A stretch of 63,895 nucleotides of DNA, counting the filler, from Stramenopiles sp. TOSAG23-2 (lineage: Eukaryota): NCBI GenBank assembly GCA_900128395.1. It is 13 parts of 13 records of this genome, joined end to end, with 100 filler letters (N's around TTAATTAATTAA, not from the genome) between each part and the next. Parts side by side here need not be neighbours in the genome. Positions count along the whole stretch, not along the records: positions 19,501 to 25,890 come from LT650473.1; positions 25,991 to 32,354 come from LT650475.1; positions 32,455 to 38,786 come from LT650477.1; 10 more parts are not named here. One strand, given 5' to 3'. This document shows, one piece after another, positions 25,814 through 37,841 of the stretch (positions are counted from its first letter, which is position 1; every line of letters begins with the position of its first letter). A program made the translations under genes and the position numbers. Below the pieces are notes generated by a model. It saw only the letters and a program-made list of their open reading frames with translations. It searched no databases and was not told where the DNA came from.

Positions 25814-25890
25814 TTACACCAAATTGATCCCTTCGTATTCATCGTAACCATATGCTAAATTTGCATTTTGCAATGCTTGCGTCGCAGCAC
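25814..25890 (-). CDS. argC: 3' end of N-acetyl-gamma-glutamyl-phosphate reductase (ArgC / Arg5,6-type), cut by contig end
   Basis: Not in the ORF track. The minus strand reads AATQALQNANLAYGYDEYEGINLV*, matching the ArgC C-terminal (DNLxKG)AAxQAxQNxNLxxGxxE motif. Confidence 0.75.
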
Positions 25891-26085
25891 NNNNNNNNNN
25901 NNNNNNNNNNNNNNNNNNNNNNNNNNNNNNNNNNTTAATTAATTAANNNNNNNNNNNNNNNNNNNNNNNNNNNNNNNNNNNNNNNNNNNNTGGAAAACAC
26001 ACACACATATATATATATATGTATTGGTAATCTCATTTTCTCCTTCTAATTATTGTATTATCATTATTACTATTTTTTTTTAATT

Positions 26086-27069
26086 ATGTCTAACTTAAAA
26101 TCGTTAGTAAATAGCTTCGACCAAACATATAATAAATTATTTGATGCATATCAAACTTTCAAATCTTCAGCAAATTTAACGACGGAAGCTATTAATAGTA
26201 GTTTAAATGTCAAGCGTCAATATCATGTGTTGAAAGTGAAAGATGTGACAAATGCATATACAACTATTTGCGAAAATGATAATAAAAAAAAGCAAAAAAT
26301 ATCACATGAAGCTGAAGAAATCGTTTCACGTCTACAAAAAGAATATGAAAAAGTAAGAAAAGAAGTACGTCGTCAGTCTACTGAAATAAGAAAAGTTGTT
26401 GACAAAAATGTCCAAGAAGCTGAAATGGCACACGATAAACAGATGAATGAGTATAACACAATAAGTAATGAACTCCGTGGTAAAATTGACGTTGCGAAAG
26501 CAAAACTCGATGGATTGATTTCAAAAGGGACTGAGCTAAAGTCGGCTGGTAATTATTCCAAGGAAGAAATTGAAGCGTTAGGGCATACAATTAATATACA
26601 AGAAAATCGAATTACTTCTTTACAAAATAGGCTGAAAAATTCAGAAAAAACATATCAAAAAGCAATTATGAAAGTTGAACAATTAGAAAAACAACAATTA
26701 TTGGAAGAAAAAAATAACGCTGAGCACAATACCAATAAAAATAGCAGTACTTTTAACACCACCACCACCACCACCACCACCACCACTACTACTACGAACA
26801 ACAACAGCAATAATAATGATGAATTGAAAAAAGCAAAATTAGAAGTAATTCGATGGCGTACACAAGCAAATATATTACAAACAATTATAAAAAGTAAACA
26901 GGAAGATGCAGATCAACATGGTGAATTACGAAAACATTTGCAAGAAACATTAATCGAGATTATTAATGTTAAGGATTCACGTAAAAATGAATTAGTTGAA
27001 TGCAATAAAGATTTAACCAGATTACAAATGTCTATGAAACCATTGTTTATTTATGCTAATAATATTTGA
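26086..27069 (+). CDS. Hypothetical coiled-coil protein
   Basis: Long heptad-like ORF with poly-Thr/Asn; first ATG at 26086. Confidence 0.7.
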   Translation: MSNLKSLVNSFDQTYNKLFDAYQTFKSSANLTTEAINSSLNVKRQYHVLKVKDVTNAYTTICENDNKKKQKISHEAEEIVSRLQKEYEKVRKEVRRQSTEIRKVVDKNVQEAEMAHDKQMNEYNTISNELRGKIDVAKAKLDGLISKGTELKSAGNYSKEEIEALGHTINIQENRITSLQNRLKNSEKTYQKAIMKVEQLEKQQLLEEKNNAEHNTNKNSSTFNTTTTTTTTTTTTTNNNSNNNDELKKAKLEVIRWRTQANILQTIIKSKQEDADQHGELRKHLQETLIEIINVKDSRKNELVECNKDLTRLQMSMKPLFIYANNI

Positions 27070-27852
27070 AGTCTTTACACACATGATGGTGTGACAAATT
27101 CATTGCGAGAATTTTAAAATCACAATTAAAAAGTTGTGTGACCATTATTGAAATATTATATGTATAAATAATAATAGTGCAATAAGCTGTTTGAAAATAT
27201 CAGAAAAGAATATCCGATTTTAAGAATTTTCTTATATATCCCTGTATAAATATACATAAATTGGTATACTAATCATATACTGTTTGAGCACAATATAAGC
27301 CAGATGAAATTTAGAATATCCAATTTTTGGTAATATCCTTAATATCCAATACCTCTCTATCAAATATAAAAATTAGTATACTAAATTCATTAATTTTCTC
27401 TGTCCATTTTCGCAATTTGATGCTTATACCATTGCACCATTGTAACAGCCTGGGACACAAGCGATGCATATGACACATGTGCACATCATGACGACACGAA
27501 GGAAAAAATTAAAAAATATAATTGGCAGTTGCATTATTATTTCTATTATTATTATTCTAATTATTGCATTAATTTTATAGACTTGCTTAAAAAAGAAATT
27601 TAATGTTAAATATATGATATTCTCGATACTAATTGTAGAAACTTAGGGAAAATAAATATTATACGTTTTAGCAAAATTTTGAATCGTCGTGTTGCACAAA
27701 TACGTATGAGAGATTTCAAATAATTATAACTGAAGATTTTTACATATCATATATTCAGAGTAGGAAATAACTAGAGATGGAATCCTCCACTCATAACACG
27801 AATAAATTTGAAATTGAAAAAGATGAAACGGGTGCTCATTTGAACCCGTTGT

Positions 27853-28854
27853 TTGGAAAAATTGCCAAATATAACAAATATGAAAGGATTGAAAAGATTG
27901 GAATTAAACAATAACCAAATAATTATGCCTACTTCTCATGACAACATACTTTCTCATTTGGAAAATTTGCTTCATTTAGAGATATCCTATAATAGATTAG
28001 AACGAAATCTGAAGTTGAATAATTTGAAACAGTTATCGTACTTGTCTATTCGCCATAACAAAATTGCATCAGAGCTACCTATGTACCTGAGCGAATTGAC
28101 CGCGTTGATAATTTTGCAAGTAGATAATAATCAACTCACAGGTAATGTTACATCAATCCAGCAATTAACAAATTTGGAATTATTAAATATAAGAAATAAT
28201 CAATTTTCTCAACCAGAAAATGAAATTATATATTGTTTTCAACATTTAACAAAATTAAAATATCTTTCTTTTGGCGTCCACTCGCAAAAAATAGCGAATG
28301 AAACTAGATTGCAAGTACACCAGTTATTGCCACACTTGAAATATAATGGATTTTTTAATGATTTTCGCACATGGCATTTTTATGAAATAAATTATAAAGA
28401 CTATCATGTGGCAGATGCAGGACAACGGTTTACAGATCAATTGTATTATTCATATAAACGGTCGAAATATATGCTATTTAATAGAGCATGGACAAGTTGG
28501 TTTCACGCAAATACAAGTTGTTTTTCAATAGAAGGTGGTGGTTATCATCTTTTAAAAATTGATAATAAAGATGAAAGTGATGCAATTAATACATTTCTAT
28601 CCAGTGGTTATTATGGTTGGAATGGTGTATGGATAGGTTTAAACGATTTAGAAACTCCTCCAAATTTATATAAATGGGAGTTACGCAATGAAAGTATCAA
28701 CATGTCATTTTCCAATTTTCTTCCTGGTGAGCCAAACAAATTACACCCCGATGAAAATTGTATTCAAATGCTTACTCGGGATAACGGCATGTGGAATGAC
28801 TATGAATGTGACGAACCTTTAGATTATTTCATTTGCGAGTTAGAAATATTATGA
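27853..28854 (+). CDS. Leucine-rich-repeat plus C-type lectin domain protein; 5' end unresolved
   Basis: LxxLxLxxNxL repeats followed by a CTL domain (WIGLND, FSNFLPGEPN, ENCIQM, WNDYEC, YFICE). An in-frame TGA lies at 27841. Confidence 0.8.
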   Translation: MEKLPNITNMKGLKRLELNNNQIIMPTSHDNILSHLENLLHLEISYNRLERNLKLNNLKQLSYLSIRHNKIASELPMYLSELTALIILQVDNNQLTGNVTSIQQLTNLELLNIRNNQFSQPENEIIYCFQHLTKLKYLSFGVHSQKIANETRLQVHQLLPHLKYNGFFNDFRTWHFYEINYKDYHVADAGQRFTDQLYYSYKRSKYMLFNRAWTSWFHANTSCFSIEGGGYHLLKIDNKDESDAINTFLSSGYYGWNGVWIGLNDLETPPNLYKWELRNESINMSFSNFLPGEPNKLHPDENCIQMLTRDNGMWNDYECDEPLDYFICELEIL

Positions 28855-28992
28855 GAAAACAAAAATACGACACGGTGTTTGTGTAAAAAATATGATATAT
28901 AATTTTTAGTGCGTCTCAGTTTAAAAAAAAACATATTATGTCCAGCGAGATGTAATTAGAAGTATGTATTAATAATTATATGATGTACATAT

Positions 28993-29532
28993 TTACAATT
29001 TTAATATACGACCAGGTGCTGGAAATTCTTTCAATGCCATTGCCCATATTTCCTTTGTCACGCCGCTAGTCCCGGTAAACACTGTCGTTACACCCATTTT
29101 CACTACTGCATTACAATTATTCATTTGATTGTCAAAAAAAATGGCCTCTTCCGGTTTACATTTTGCATCAGAGCAAATTTTATTTAAATGCACTTGCTTT
29201 GACGTAGCTTTATAAATCTCATGGCTATGAAATACACTTCCCATCACTCGCCCATTTCCTATTTCAAACTTTTCTAAACATTCCTTAGCCCATCTAGGCT
29301 CATCACAACTTGAAGCTGTTGCAACATGTGTATTTTTGAAAGTATCATCAGTTTTCAATAATGTTAAAACATATCTTGCATCTCCCATAAGTCTTACAGT
29401 ATTTCCACCTTTATCAACAACATCTTCCCCTTTTTTTGTAAAGGGACTTCCACCTGATCCCCATAATTCATACATCTCTGGATCCCATAAACACCCATCC
29501 AGATCAAAAGCAACAGCACGAGGAATACTCAT
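28993..29532 (-). CDS. MDP1: Magnesium-dependent phosphatase 1 (HAD subfamily IIIC)
   Basis: FDLDGCLW, ATASS, KQVHL and IFFDN motifs. Confidence 0.9.
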   Translation of the reverse strand: MSIPRAVAFDLDGCLWDPEMYELWGSGGSPFTKKGEDVVDKGGNTVRLMGDARYVLTLLKTDDTFKNTHVATASSCDEPRWAKECLEKFEIGNGRVMGSVFHSHEIYKATSKQVHLNKICSDAKCKPEEAIFFDNQMNNCNAVVKMGVTTVFTGTSGVTKEIWAMALKEFPAPGRILKL

Positions 29533-30185
29533 ATCTCCAATATTACCAATTCAATTGGTATTATTATTATTATTATATTTTTATGTGTTTCCAATTCTTT
29601 TAAATTCAATAATTAATAATGTATTACAATGCAACCAAAAAAACAAAATCTATTTATGAAATATGTGTAATGATACGAAAAAAAGAAACAATAATATGAT
29701 CAATATAACACAAACATATACATACGCATATACATTATACATATAATTTCCAAGACACACACACAAATACATTCCATTTCTATATAATACACAAGCAACA
29801 ATTTAAATTAAAAAATAATTAATAATAAATAACAAATAACTAAAAACAACAACAACAACAACAACATACCAGGTAACAACAAACAACAAAAATTTTTGAA
29901 ATAAAAAATGCAAACTAAAAAATCCCTTAAAATAACAAAAGTTATATGGTTTTGATTCAAGTCCATTAAGGTGGTGCAACATCAACAACGCAAATATTTT
30001 TTATTATTTTTTATTATTATTATTATGATGAATGAAATATATATATAATTCATAAAAAGATACACAACAAAACAAACATAATACACAAAAAGGGTTTATG
30101 ATCAGAAAAATAAATCCAACCTATCAAAAAAAAAAGATCTTGTATATATAACAATATAATACAACAACAACGATAATAAACAAAG

Positions 30186-31577
30186 ATGAAATCATTAATA
30201 AATAATATGATAACTAAAACAATGAGATTAAATTCATTATTATTAAAACAAAATATAGTTAAAAAAAATATTGTAAATTTAAAATCTTTTAAAGGATATA
30301 ATTCTTTTTCATCATCTACCATATCAGATAAAGGCGCATATGTGTACGATGAAAATAATAGAAGTAAAACTGTTGTTGTTGGTATTTCAGGTGGTGTCGA
30401 TTCCTCTACATCGGCATATCTGCTGAAAGAGGCTGGATATAATGTCATTGGTTTGTACATGAAAAATTGGGATGCAAGTGACGAGCATGGTATCGAAGAA
30501 TGCCCAGCAGAATCAGACTTTAAGGATGTCAAGTTAGTCTGTGATTATTTGAATGTCCCTGTACATCGTGTAAATTTTGTAAAAGAGTATTGGCAAGAAG
30601 TTTTTACTCCATTCATCGAAGGGTACGAGAATGGGTTGACACCGAATCCTGACGTATTATGTAATAAACAAATTAAATTTAATAAATTTTTAGACAAAGC
30701 AAAAGAATTAGGTGCGGACTATGTCGCTACTGGCCACTATGTGCGAACAATAGATGAATATGATGAAAATAGTTCAACCAAGGAGAAGCGAATAAAATTA
30801 TTATGTGGTTTGGATCCTGGTAAAGATCAAAGTTATTTTTTAAGTTTTGTAAATACAAATGCATTGCGAAATGTATTGTTTCCTGTTGGAAATATGCATA
30901 AAGAGGATGTTCGTAAAATTGCGAAAGAAACTGGATTACCAACAGCTGATAAAAAAGATAGTTATGGGATATGTTTTATTGGAAAAAGAGATTTTCGTGA
31001 TTTTATTGATGGATATATACATCGTAAACCTGGTTATTTTAGAAATGTTGAAAATATTAATGAAATTGTAGGTACACATGAAAGTTGCGTATTTTATACG
31101 ATTGGACAACAATCTAAAATAAGTGGAGCACAACAAAAATGGTACGTATGCGATAAAGATTATTTCACCAACGATGTCATTGTAGCAAAAGGTCGTAATC
31201 ATCCATCACTTTATTGTAATTATGTGAAATTAAACACTACAAATTTTCATTGGGTTAATAATAATAAGCCTCCTTCAAAGCTTGTAAATTATGATTATGA
31301 TAATGATGATGGTGGAGAGATGAAGGGTATGTGTCGTATACGTCATCGCCAATCATTAACATCTTGTACATTCAAATTGAAGGGGGCTGAGTTAATAGTA
31401 TATTTTGATTCACCACAATATGCTGCAACACCTGGACAAGTTTGTGCGTTGTATTGTACTGATGGGATTGAATGTTATGGTGGTGGTATTATAGAAGAGA
31501 AAGGCGAAAGTTATTATGAAATGGGGTATTCTGAAATGGTAGATATCGATAAAGATGTAGGAAATCACGCGTTTTAA
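30186..31577 (+). CDS. TRMU: Mitochondrial tRNA-specific 2-thiouridylase MnmA/TRMU
   Basis: SGGVDS, MKNWD, TPNPDVLCN, ATGHY, KDQSYFL, GICFIG and TPGQ, with a basic presequence. Confidence 0.96.
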   Translation: MKSLINNMITKTMRLNSLLLKQNIVKKNIVNLKSFKGYNSFSSSTISDKGAYVYDENNRSKTVVVGISGGVDSSTSAYLLKEAGYNVIGLYMKNWDASDEHGIEECPAESDFKDVKLVCDYLNVPVHRVNFVKEYWQEVFTPFIEGYENGLTPNPDVLCNKQIKFNKFLDKAKELGADYVATGHYVRTIDEYDENSSTKEKRIKLLCGLDPGKDQSYFLSFVNTNALRNVLFPVGNMHKEDVRKIAKETGLPTADKKDSYGICFIGKRDFRDFIDGYIHRKPGYFRNVENINEIVGTHESCVFYTIGQQSKISGAQQKWYVCDKDYFTNDVIVAKGRNHPSLYCNYVKLNTTNFHWVNNNKPPSKLVNYDYDNDDGGEMKGMCRIRHRQSLTSCTFKLKGAELIVYFDSPQYAATPGQVCALYCTDGIECYGGGIIEEKGESYYEMGYSEMVDIDKDVGNHAF

Positions 31578-32059
31578 TTATTAAAAAACAATTAGATATT
31601 CGCACAAACATAACAATTTGCTGACGCGTACAAAGTATATAATACTAGACTAGAGAGTGTGTCATGTAAATATTAATTTTACACCAGTATCTTCTTCGTT
31701 TAAAGATTATTATTAAAAAAAAAAATGCTATTTGTTATCAACACTCGCATATGCGATTTCTAATAATTTCTATCTGTAGCTGTGTGTGTGGAAAAATTCG
31801 ATTTTTGTCTAAATAAAAAAAAACAAGTATTATACTTATTAGAATAACATATTTATATAGAAGATTTACCTTGACTACCTTCTTTTAAAAAAAAAGACAA
31901 GAAAAACATAGAATTTGAATTCAGAAAAAAGAAATGTATACGTATAGTCGTCGTCGTCTATTACCACCTTTATCGTATGAAGATATATATATATATACAT
32001 GTATATAGATACGTATATACATACTTACGATCTGATTATATTATAAAAAGAAATAAAAC

Positions 32060-32354
32060 ATGCCGAGGCAATCAAAACGAAAAAGAACAGTAACGCAAGC
32101 GAATGTGAAAAAAGTGAAAAGTAATGCAGTAAGCAATGGTGGTAGTAGACGTAGCAGCCGCTCTATTAAAAGGAGACAGAAAGAAGAAAGTAGTGAAGAG
32201 GAGGAAGAAGAAGAGGATGATGATGAAGAGGAGGAAGATAGCGAGGAGGAAGAAAGTGAGGATGAAAGCGAACCTGTTGCAGAGATTAAATATGTATTGA
32301 CAGATGCGCATCGTGCATTCAATCAACGTTTATTAGCCGAAGCTGTAATGACAT
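32060..32354 (+). CDS. 5' fragment, possibly Smc5/6 subunit NSE1; cut by contig end
   Basis: A basic then acidic N-terminal tail followed by LTDAHRAFNQRLLAEAVMT, which resembles the NSE1 N-terminal HRxFLQxLxxxG helix. Only about 20 informative residues. Confidence 0.4.
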
Positions 32355-32799
32355 NNNNNNNNNNNNNNNNNNNNNNNNNNNNNNNNNNNNNNNNNNNNTT
32401 AATTAATTAANNNNNNNNNNNNNNNNNNNNNNNNNNNNNNNNNNNNNNNNNNNNATACTAAATATGTACTTATTTGTAGCACATCGCGGGAAAAATTAAA
32501 AATTTCAAATGGCAAAATGGTTAATGATTTAGAATTTATATAATGATTAGTTATGTTTGTCCAATATATAGGGACGCCATTACCAGGATTACTATGAATA
32601 TTCATATACTTGTAAGATGAGATAATGATGCATACATAATTATTAACTTATTACATCATGAAGAAATACTTTGTAAGAACTTACCGAAAGATGTACAAAT
32701 ACAATCTTGTTTGTTCGTTTCGTTGTTTGATTTTACAAACAAAATACAGATACATACGTATTCGTGCTTAATCAAGTAAAAATTTGCATTTAACGAACC

Positions 32800-34278
32800 A
32801 TGGATATTTACAATGAACATTTTAAAATGTGGCTTTTTGATGAAGAAAGACCTATTACGTGTACATTTGTTGCAAATGAATTAGGTATCAATACCAACGT
32901 AGCGAAGCAAATGTTATATCAATATTCAGAAGATAATAGTACTACCGTAGAGGCGACGTATTTGGTAAGCGGGGCCACTAAAAGCAAAAGTCATTGCGTC
33001 ATGCTTGTGAAAAAAGGACGTTTAAAGACAGTTATTGAAGAACATTTTGACACCGTATTATCAAAACATGTGTATGCACTATCAAGTAAAGAGGAAGTAG
33101 AGACAGACGATAATGTTGGTCTTATTTCAAAAAAATTTGCAACTAAATTATGGTACGGTGACTTTCAACAACGAAAAAATCTTTTGAATGATAGTGGTGA
33201 TCTTGGACAACGTTTTCGTAAAAATATTGGTAGTAGTATCAAGTGTGAAGCTTGTAGTAAATACAACGGTAGTGGTAGACCAGTTGCCGTTGCAGAGGAA
33301 CAATCATCATCTTCCATGTTTGGCTCTTCAAATAAGAAAAATAATAATAGTAATAGTTTTAGTAGTAGTAGCAAAAATAAAAAAAATTCGAAAATCAAAA
33401 AAACTTCAGTTGCATCTTTTTTTGGTACTAAAAAGACAACAAGCAAAAATAAAACGAGCACAAGTAAACAAACATCGTTATTTCAAAAGAAAAAAATTGC
33501 TGTTGCATCTCCACCTCGCGTTGAAGCTAAAGTTAAAAAAACGAAGAAAAAGAAAATGCTTGTAGATGATGATGATGATGATGACGACGATGAAGATGTG
33601 GAAATGGTGAAGAAAAATAGTTCATCTTCAAAATCATTATTAGAAAATAGTCAACAAACAAAATCAAAAAGAATGGTGCTTGACGATGATGATGATGATG
33701 ACGACGACGATGATGAAGACGAAGATGCAAGTGCTGGATCAACGCAAGTTCATGTATCCAATTCTCCTACAGTCAGTTTAACATCTTCAGATAATAAAAA
33801 TATCAGTGGCTCTGATTCTGTTAGCGTAGCGAATTCAATGGAAGTAAATACTCCTTTAAGCCCAACCCAAACTTTGGATGATGCTAATGTAGAAGAAAGC
33901 CAAACGGAATCCCCAACGTTGAATAAACCACTTGATACAGATGATTCACCAACGGAAGAGCCACCTGCAATGTTTTCTACTGATAATGCAGAAGATAATG
34001 TCTCAAAGAAGAAGAAGAATCCAAAGAAGAAGAAATATAAAAAAGTATTGCAAAACAAAACATATCAAAATGATCAAGGTTACTTTGTTACGAAAAGTGA
34101 ATATGTAGAGGTAACTGATGATGAAGCAGAGGATGAAGACGAAGCACCGAAGAAAATGATGAATTTAAAACGTAAATCACCTAGCGTGACGAAAAAAAAT
34201 AATTTTAGTAGTAGTAATGGTGGTAAAGCAAAGAAAAAACAAAAAAGTTTAATGGGTTTCTTTTCAAAAAGGAAATAA
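32800..34278 (+). CDS. POLD3: DNA polymerase delta subunit 3 (Cdc27/p66)
   Basis: N-terminal winged helix (AKQMLY, ATYLVSG, HVYAL), KTYQNDQGYFVT and the C-terminal PIP box QKSLMGFF. Confidence 0.9.
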   Translation: MDIYNEHFKMWLFDEERPITCTFVANELGINTNVAKQMLYQYSEDNSTTVEATYLVSGATKSKSHCVMLVKKGRLKTVIEEHFDTVLSKHVYALSSKEEVETDDNVGLISKKFATKLWYGDFQQRKNLLNDSGDLGQRFRKNIGSSIKCEACSKYNGSGRPVAVAEEQSSSSMFGSSNKKNNNSNSFSSSSKNKKNSKIKKTSVASFFGTKKTTSKNKTSTSKQTSLFQKKKIAVASPPRVEAKVKKTKKKKMLVDDDDDDDDDEDVEMVKKNSSSSKSLLENSQQTKSKRMVLDDDDDDDDDDDEDEDASAGSTQVHVSNSPTVSLTSSDNKNISGSDSVSVANSMEVNTPLSPTQTLDDANVEESQTESPTLNKPLDTDDSPTEEPPAMFSTDNAEDNVSKKKKNPKKKKYKKVLQNKTYQNDQGYFVTKSEYVEVTDDEAEDEDEAPKKMMNLKRKSPSVTKKNNFSSSNGGKAKKKQKSLMGFFSKRK

Positions 34279-34932
34279 TACGACCGGTTCGTAAAAGAGA
34301 GAGACCATGATGCACAAACTTTATTTTCTCTTGTATAAAATATATATTATTTTACATTTTATGATATCCTTTATTATGAGTATAGCTTATGTAATCTAGG
34401 TCCTAGACTTTTCCTATATAGCTTAGCTTAGTGCAAGTAAAATTTTACCAATTTAAATTTAAATTACATATTAGCTTATGTACATTTATTAGTATACTAA
34501 AATCGTTAATTCTATCCTATATATAGAGTCAAGTTCCCAAGTTCCCTTAAACTGGTAAACTCTCTTATTTTGTCTCATGAACATAGGAAATATTGTTATG
34601 GGGAGACACACTGAACGATATTTACAAAAAGGTAAAAAAGTATCTGCAAGATGATGGATGGTAGGTATTAATTGTTTTTGATCAGAGATTTACATAGAAA
34701 GAAGAGAGAGAGAGAGAGAGAGAGATGTGGTGGTGTGTAGAGGTTTTTCTTGTTGTGTGCTTCGAATTTAGAATGAGCACATGTTTTCAGGCCACAGGAG
34801 ATTTGATATCGCCCCATTTCCCCATATTTAATACATATATATATACTTGTTGCTCTTTTTTCTTCTTTTTCTTTACATTGTTTTCTTATATGATAAACAC
34901 TATTTTAGATATATATTATAAATTTATTTTAC

Positions 34933-35376
34933 TTAATTGTCGTATTTTGCTTGTACTGCAATTAAATCCATATCTTTTTGTCCTTTGAAAGTAATTTTAC
35001 GGCCACCATTGTCATGTTTTTGAACAATACCTGCCTTTTCAAGTTGTTGTAAACAGTGACGAATTATACCTTGTGTTCCTTTTGCTGATTTATTACGTCT
35101 GGTACCACGGCGTGCTTTACCACCGAATGCTTGCTGAAGTTGACCTATTCCTCTTGGACGTAAGTAAATTTTACGTGCAACTGCTGCAGCACGTGTGTAA
35201 TACCAATCATTTTTCAATGGTCCTTTTTCTTTCCATGTAGCAGTTTTTACCATATCTTGCCATTCTGGTGGTGTTACTTTGTTTGAACGCTTCATATGTG
35301 CTGCGTATGCTGTGATAAATTTTTCTGCCTCAACATCACGGACAGTCGTGCTTAATCTTTCACCTGAATCAGCCAT
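34933..35376 (-). CDS. RPS19: 40S ribosomal protein S19 (eS19)
   Basis: TVRDV, PEWQDMVKT, WYYTRAAAVARKIYLR and GRKITFKGQKDMD. Confidence 0.97.
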   Translation of the reverse strand: MADSGERLSTTVRDVEAEKFITAYAAHMKRSNKVTPPEWQDMVKTATWKEKGPLKNDWYYTRAAAVARKIYLRPRGIGQLQQAFGGKARRGTRRNKSAKGTQGIIRHCLQQLEKAGIVQKHDNGGRKITFKGQKDMDLIAVQAKYDN

Positions 35377-35479
35377 TATATAATATTTCTTTGTCGTTAA
35401 GAGAATTTAAATTGTTTCTTTTCTTATGAATTCTATATCATGTATTCTGTGTATGTATATACATCTATGATATATATAT

Positions 35480-36617
35480 TTGTTTCTTCTAATTATTATT
35501 GTTTGTATATATATAATATTTACAAGCGTATGTACGTGCTATAGCTGCTTGGAACTTTTGGATTGTGTTAATGTCTGCTGTGTTGGTATTGATTGTTTTA
35601 CGAAGGCCATAGGATTAACATCCAGATTCCACACAATAATTGGTGGCCACCAATTTTCAGCTGGACATAGCATTAGTTATTCCACCAGACGCCAAAACAC
35701 ATGGATTGGATCGAAAGGTGTTCAAGCGCAAATTCATTATGATATATCGTAGTAAGTTTTCCTCTTATAAATGCAATAAAAACAAGAAGAAGAAAGTAAT
35801 TATCTAACAACTAAGTATTGTAACAACGCAAAGTAATTTTTTTACACAAATATTAGGGAATAAAACATTTTCCTTGTATAACCCGTCTCATCATAAAACC
35901 ATGTTACTATATCCCAGTGTACACCCAGCGAGACGTCAATCTCAAATTGAAAATCATGAAGATATAAATGTTTCTTCAATTAAAGCAAATTTACAAAGTG
36001 GAGATGTTCTATATGTACCACCGTTTTGGTTCCATACTGTAAAATCCAACAGTCGACATTCAGTATCATTAAGTACAGTATCTGCGTCACAGGTAGAATA
36101 TTTTTGGTCAAGAATTATATATCAGCAAATTCCATTTTATAGATTAAAGGTAGGAATTGAACGTGTATTGGGTGTGCGCATATATATCGAAGCACTATTG
36201 CATGAATTACATGTTGAAAGCAAAGAACTAATGAGGGACATGTTTAATGCTAGATATTTGAAAATATTTAAAACTATCGATGATTCAGTTCCAACAAAAT
36301 GGTTTGATGTAAAACAAATTGTAGATAAAAATAAAAAAATACGTTTTAAACGCTTTAATTGCAATAATTTTCCACATTTGAAGAAAGTTGCTGTAGTTCT
36401 ATCAGAGAAAGATGATATGATATCTTATAATAACCTTGGATCTGCTGTTGATAAAGTGGTTTTCATGATAGCAAATTTCAAAGATCAGTATCCACTTTCG
36501 GATGGGATTCTTGAAATTTTGTTACACGATTATATAGAAGAGTTATTATTATATGCTGTTGGTAATGAACAGGCGTTTGATATTGCAGTTGTCCTTAAGC
36601 AATGTTTTTTATTGTAA
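35480..36617 (+). CDS. JmjC/cupin 2-oxoglutarate-Fe(II) hydroxylase; 2 visible exons (intron 35752-35833); N-terminus missing or unclear
   Basis: Splicing GTAAGT...CTAAC...AAG gives WIGSKGVQAQIHYDISYNFFTQILGNKTFSLY. LQSGDVLYVPPFWFHTV follows, completing the HxD...H triad. Confidence 0.75.
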
Positions 36618-37841
36618 GAAAATATAGGTGTGAGGTGTGTCTATCCGTATGTATATATTTAAAAAATACGTAGATTTTATTAGTACTGCACTACTAATTC
36701 AATAATTCATTGACACCAAAAATTACTTTTTTTTCAATAAAAAAAAAATATTATACACACGTTCGTATTATTTTTCTCTACTAGAAATATTAATGGTCGT
36801 CAATCTAATTGGACTATAGAGGCTGTATTATTCATGCGTAAATACATTTTAATTTTTTTTTTAATTTTGATGGACAATAATGCTAATAATTAAAATGATA
36901 CGAGCGTACCGAACAAACATGCTGCAAACGTAAAATCAAAATGTACCTTTATTATTATTTAAAGACAATTAATTATAGAAGATCCTGGATACAATACAGG
37001 AGGTACATGATGTGTGGTACAATTTGTATTTTTTTGTGAGATAAATTATGTCTCATCCAATTTATTCAAGGATATATATACATATATATATATTTAACCA
37101 TTATTTCATTTATTCAATTGGAGAGATTGTTATGATAAGACACCGGGCGGTAAAACATACCATGTGTGTCTACAACAATTGCTTGTTGCGTTTTTCAATA
37201 AAGTATTGTTACATTATACATATGTATATATTTATATCCATACAATGTGTTGAGTATCTATGTATCGCTTATGTTCTTCACAAAAGTGGTCCATTGATTA
37301 TAGTAGTAAATTAACATGGACATACCAGCATGATGTGAAATTATCAAAAGATGTTTGTGCATATGGCCATATATCCTGGATATCACCATAGGAAGATACA
37401 TGTATGAAGATTCATCACAGTTTTACTCCATCAGGAATATTTATTACCAGGTAATACTGTTAGCTATTTGCATCTCCTGGTAATATTTAAATTTAGGCTC
37501 CGAAAATTTCGCATATCAACCAAAACTTTTCGCTGAACGAAAACTTATTCCTATTCTTCTGACGATTATTGTCTGTAGCATCGTCTTATAGGGGCCATTC
37601 GATTATTTTAACCGCGGCAGGTATTAATAATTATAGGGCACTATTATAGGTCAATATGATATTATACATATTAAGTAGCGTAGGAGACGCATAGTAGTTA
37701 TAAAATTTTATATATAAAAAATAAAAATGTCTCTTAATATAAAACTCTCTTTACTCTTACTCTCTCTCTCTCTCTCTCTCTCTCTCAAGCACGCACACAC
37801 CTTTCTTATGTTTTACTGCTGACACTCTAGCAAATTATTAT

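Noticed and set aside
30186-31577. Bacterial contamination or HGT suggested by mnmA, uL4 and the YfcG-like GST
   Set aside because: N-terminal extensions, host-like flanks and eukaryotic neighbours fit nuclear-encoded organellar proteins.
36620-37840. Possible RNA gene in long intergenic stretches (also 40680-41640 and 45307-46000)
   Set aside because: I could not recognise a tRNA, rRNA or snRNA signature by eye; an Infernal/Rfam scan would be needed.
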